Virus record (IMG/VR): IMGVR_UViG_3300037518_000172
Coordinates: 1-36,876 of that record
DNA: 36,876 bases
Direction: 5' to 3' (one strand)
Source: a virus
Lineage: Duplodnaviria; Caudoviricetes
Shown here: one piece after another, positions 33,404 through 36,876 of the stretch
How positions within the stretch are numbered: the stretch's first letter is position 1
How the letters are laid out: each line of letters opens with the position of its first letter
Position numbers and translations under genes: made by a program
The notes under the pieces: model-generated
Told to the model about the DNA's origin: nothing
Database searches by the model: none
Seen by the model: the letters and a program-made list of their open reading frames with translations, nothing else

Positions 33404-34995
33404 CTTCTGATCAATGTTGTCAGCGTTTTCGCGATTTCATCGGCGCGGAATTCGGGATCGCACCACTGGCCGAGGGTTTGTGTCTCATTGTCGAAGGCCG
33501 CGAAAAACATTGCGGCATCTTCTTTGATAAAATCTACAAGGGCCTCGCGGATACCAGCGGGCTCGCTCTGTATGCTGAGCGCCGCCAAGCACTCGCCTAC
33601 GAGCTTGCCAAGGTAACGCGCTTGTTCCCCGTTTTCGTGCGCAACCGCATCGCGAAGACGGCCAGCATCGCACCCGCCTACTTCCAGGTATTGCTCGGCC
33701 ATGCGCGTGCGGCGGTTTAATGCCTTGAGCGCGGCCATGCGGAACAAAGCGAAAGCTGCATCGTCGGCGGGTTCGGCAACGGGAGCATCGACACCTATCT
33801 TGTCAAGCGTCGTCATGTTGACCTGGACGGTGTACTTGTCGAGGTCCGGGCCGCCGTTGTTCCAACCGCGACGTTTGCGCGCCTGATTGCGGTTGATAAT
33901 TCCGTTAGAGACCAGGATCGCATCGGTTTCCGCTTTCGACTTGGCGTTACCCTCCGCCGCCCATTCCAGATCTAGACGGGCGCGAATGGCAGGCCACGGG
34001 CGCAGCAGTTTCCGGTTGACCTCTTGTGCGGCACGCTCCGCCCACGGCGTCAGCGCATCGCGGACAAATTCAATAGACTGCTCTTCAATATTGCTGAATG
34101 TCGCACGCAGCAGATGCGCCACCTTGTGTGGCGGAACGCCGAAGATTCGGCACACTTCCTCAATGAGCAGGAACCTCGTTTCGATGAACTGGGCTTTTTC
34201 CGGCTCGGTGCCGAAGCTATGATACTTCGGCCCATTATCGAGAACCAGCAGGCCCCACGCCTTGTCCGATCCTTTATGGCCACCTTCGATAGCTTCCTTC
34301 ACCGACGTGCGGGCCTCTTTGTTTAGGTTTTGATCGAACGACAGCATCCCGCCAAGTTGCGTGTTGTTGTGATAGAACGACTGCCCGAATCTTTCCGCCG
34401 CTGCAGAGTGGGCCAGCGTTCGCGCCGCCATTGTTACGGTGTCGAATCCCGACAGCCCGTCCACACCGGGGCCATGTACGTGAAAGACCTCTTCGCCATA
34501 GTCCAGAACCGACTCTCCGTCGCCCCGGTTTCTCACCACCAGGACAAGGCGGTTATCCGTTTCACGTTCCAACGTGCAGCGCTCCGGCGCCAGCGGCCAC
34601 AACGCAACCGGCCTGCCACCTCGATCCTTCTCTATCTCGGCGTAGAAGTTTCCCCAGACCAACGCCTGGATGTACATGGCCTCCATGAAATTGAAGGCAC
34701 CCGTCTCTGAATTCGGGCTATCGTTCAGCAACCGATAGGTCATCAGTTGCCGGCGCGGGATACGATCTCCATTGTCGCGCTCGAGAAAGACTTCCCAATC
34801 GCACGAAGCCAGCGCTTTCGATATGACGGTCACGCACGCCCAGACGGCCGAGAGACGCAAGGCCTCGTCCGGCGTCATGCGGATACCGCCGAGATGCTTG
34901 CTGGGCAACCAGATCACGCGCTCGCCGGAAAATTCCGGGTTGGGCTGCGTCCGGCGCGCGGCAAGCAATGTACGAAGGCCGGACAAGAGCCCCAT
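33400..34995 (-). CDS. HK97-family portal protein
   Basis: SAVWACV, WGNFY, QFIETR...EEVCRIFGVPPH and TFSNIEEQ motifs. Confidence 0.96.
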   Translation of the reverse strand: MGLLSGLRTLLAARRTQPNPEFSGERVIWLPSKHLGGIRMTPDEALRLSAVWACVTVISKALASCDWEVFLERDNGDRIPRRQLMTYRLLNDSPNSETGAFNFMEAMYIQALVWGNFYAEIEKDRGGRPVALWPLAPERCTLERETDNRLVLVVRNRGDGESVLDYGEEVFHVHGPGVDGLSGFDTVTMAARTLAHSAAAERFGQSFYHNNTQLGGMLSFDQNLNKEARTSVKEAIEGGHKGSDKAWGLLVLDNGPKYHSFGTEPEKAQFIETRFLLIEEVCRIFGVPPHKVAHLLRATFSNIEEQSIEFVRDALTPWAERAAQEVNRKLLRPWPAIRARLDLEWAAEGNAKSKAETDAILVSNGIINRNQARKRRGWNNGGPDLDKYTVQVNMTTLDKIGVDAPVAEPADDAAFALFRMAALKALNRRTRMAEQYLEVGGCDAGRLRDAVAHENGEQARYLGKLVGECLAALSIQSEPAGIREALVDFIKEDAAMFFAAFDNETQTLGQWCDPEFRADEIAKTLTTLIRR

Positions 34996-35009
34996 TCATA
35001 TCCTCCGGT

Positions 35010-36737
35010 TCAGGCCCACATCACGAAGGGCTCTATCGGCTTTTCCTGATTCAACATCGCCAGCCGCACGGCCATAGCCAATGCAACGATTCCATCAATC
35101 CGTCCCGTCGCCTTGCGTTTGGTGAACTTGCGATTGCCCGCGGCGTCCTCTTCCAACACCGCGCTCGCGACGTTCCAGCGCAGCACCGGATTGATGTGGA
35201 CCCTCAGCGTCCCGTTCAAAATTACTTCCTCGATAGCCTCGACGGCCGGGCTCATGTCCTTGAATCCCTGCCCGCATTCGACGAGGTTCAGATCTACCCC
35301 TTGCTCGTCGAGATCGGCTTTCAGGTTTTCGATGCGCCAGCGGTCATAGGCCGTTTCGGCGATCTCGACTTCTGCTGATCGCTCACCCAGGCGCTTCACG
35401 ACGTGCGCGTAATCGATGACCTTGCCAGGTATCGCATGCAGATGACCATCTTGCACCCATTTCAGATACGGCGCGCGGTCTTGATCTTCGCGTTCCTTCA
35501 GCGTGTCCTTGGGAGTCCAGAATTCGACAAAGGCGTCAAGCGTGCCGTCATCGTTAGGGAAGACCTCGGCATATGCAGTCAAGTCCCGTCTACCGGACAG
35601 GTCCAACGCGCCGTAGCACTTCCGGCCCTTGAAGGACTCCCTGTCCATGTCGCGCTCGCACGCCAGCCACGCATCGCGCCCGATCCACGCCGACTCCGCG
35701 TCCGTCCAGCGGCAGAAATTGAGCCGCAGCACAAGATTCTGTTTCGACGGCATCCCCAGCGCCTGCCGCACTTGCTCTTCCAAATACTTCGGTTGGAACG
35801 TAAGCCCTAACGACGGGTTTGCCTTTGGCCAGCACGACGGATCGTGCAGCGGATCATCCTCTTCATCAAGACTACAAACGAACGCGAAGAACGAATCATC
35901 CTCAATATCACCTGCGCAGACCTTCACCGCGTAGTCGTGATAGTTATAGCAGACGGACTCCCGATCCGAACCGCTGTTCGTTATCATGAAGATCAGCGCT
36001 TGCCGCCTACCCTTCGTGCCGGCGCGCATGATCTCAACCATGGCGTTGGTCGGGTGTTCGTGAATCTCATCCAGCAATGCACAGTGAGGGCGCGGACCGG
36101 ACTGGCCCTTCCCCCGGTCATCCGTCGATATCGGCCTGAAGAAAGATCCCTTGCGCAGATAGGCGATGTTATGTTTTTCGGTGCCGCCGGACATATGCAA
36201 AAGTTCGTCAAGCTCTGGCGAGGCATTAACCATCGCCACAGCGTCCCGAAACAACACCTTGGCCTGATCTCTTTTGGTCGCCGCAGCGTACACTTCCGCG
36301 CGGGACTCTCCGTCTGCCGTCAGCATGTAGAGGCCAACCCCAGCGGCCATCGGACTTTTCCCGCTGCCCTTGCCCGTCTCGACAAAGGCCATCCGGAAAC
36401 GTCGCGACTCATCCGGCGCTTTCCACCCGAACAACGACCCAACGACGAAGGCTTGCCAGTCAATCAGATCAAACGGCTTGGTATCGCCACTAAAATTGTC
36501 GCCGGCCACCCGGTCGACCACTAGCACATCTGGGAAATACCCGATGACCCGGTTTGCCGCTTCGATGTCCCAGACAAGCCCGCGTTTCGGCCCGTTTTCC
36601 AAATCGTCCAGATGACGGACGCAAGCATTGTAAACGTCCGGCCCGGCAACGATCCTATCGGCAACTACACCGCGCGCAAAGGCCGTGGTGCGATCAGGTG
36701 AAGTAGGAGGCTTTTTTCGGCTTTTCTTTTTTGCCAT
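35010..36737 (-). CDS. terL: terminase large subunit
   Basis: Walker A GKGSGKS, Walker B LLDEIHEH, nuclease motifs ALDLS and RIDGIVA. Confidence 0.97.
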   Translation of the reverse strand: MAKKKSRKKPPTSPDRTTAFARGVVADRIVAGPDVYNACVRHLDDLENGPKRGLVWDIEAANRVIGYFPDVLVVDRVAGDNFSGDTKPFDLIDWQAFVVGSLFGWKAPDESRRFRMAFVETGKGSGKSPMAAGVGLYMLTADGESRAEVYAAATKRDQAKVLFRDAVAMVNASPELDELLHMSGGTEKHNIAYLRKGSFFRPISTDDRGKGQSGPRPHCALLDEIHEHPTNAMVEIMRAGTKGRRQALIFMITNSGSDRESVCYNYHDYAVKVCAGDIEDDSFFAFVCSLDEEDDPLHDPSCWPKANPSLGLTFQPKYLEEQVRQALGMPSKQNLVLRLNFCRWTDAESAWIGRDAWLACERDMDRESFKGRKCYGALDLSGRRDLTAYAEVFPNDDGTLDAFVEFWTPKDTLKEREDQDRAPYLKWVQDGHLHAIPGKVIDYAHVVKRLGERSAEVEIAETAYDRWRIENLKADLDEQGVDLNLVECGQGFKDMSPAVEAIEEVILNGTLRVHINPVLRWNVASAVLEEDAAGNRKFTKRKATGRIDGIVALAMAVRLAMLNQEKPIEPFVMWA

Positions 36738-36876
36738 TACCGCCCAACCGCGCCCGCGAGGCCGGGTCGAGTCCCAATTCGGAACCCAAATACCGGAGTT
36801 GCCCGAAATACGCGGCCGTCATCTCCGATGGTTTCTTTTCCCATTGCGCAAATAACACACACCATTGATGAGCTTT
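36694..36876 (-). CDS. terS: terminase small subunit, P27-like (3' part)
   Basis: ...QLRYLGSELGLDPASRARLGGNGKKEKPKKASYFT*, overlapping the terL start. Confidence 0.8.
   Translation of the reverse strand, partial: KAHQWCVLFAQWEKKPSEMTAAYFGQLRYLGSELGLDPASRARLGGNGKKEKPKKASYFT

Larger units (their letters stand above)
785..36876 (-). mobile_element. HK97-like siphovirus/prophage late (morphogenesis and lysis) region
   Basis: Canonical order terS-terL-portal-protease-capsid-connectors-tail tube-TAC-TMP-tail tip-lysis, co-oriented with many overlapping stop/start codons. No integrase or att site is visible in the window. Confidence 0.97.

Noticed and set aside
1-36876. tRNA, rRNA, integrase or att sites
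   Set aside because: None are recognisable by eye; a covariance-model scan was not possible.

Overview
A GC-rich HK97-like siphovirus or prophage late region, probably with an alphaproteobacterial host (inferred from gene families and composition), encoded almost entirely on the minus strand. In order it carries: terminase small (partial) and large subunits, portal, ClpP-type protease, major capsid, a two-domain decoration-like protein, a cluster of glycosyl-, methyl- and pyruvyl-transferase genes, head-tail joining genes, tail tube, G/GT chaperones with a -1 frameshift, tape measure, tail tip and fibre genes, and a lysis cassette. A truncated IS605-group tnpB element lies at the left edge. 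The standout feature is a ~2.3 kb plus-strand cassette (25770-28107) inserted into the glycosylation cluster. It has its own sigma70-like promoter with a palindromic operator and encodes a stand-alone RAMP/Cas7-like protein, a ParB-N domain protein, an XRE HTH and a lipoprotein. These genes are interleaved with six non-coding arrays of strict 5-nt period (NGC-NN) that share the 3' end AGC-A(C/A)-AGT-C. This looks like a phage-encoded, non-CRISPR RNA-guided system whose guide information sits in the variable positions between fixed GC pairs. One array spells the conserved capsid motif DGGFLVP. All functional calls come from motif recognition by eye; no searches were run.
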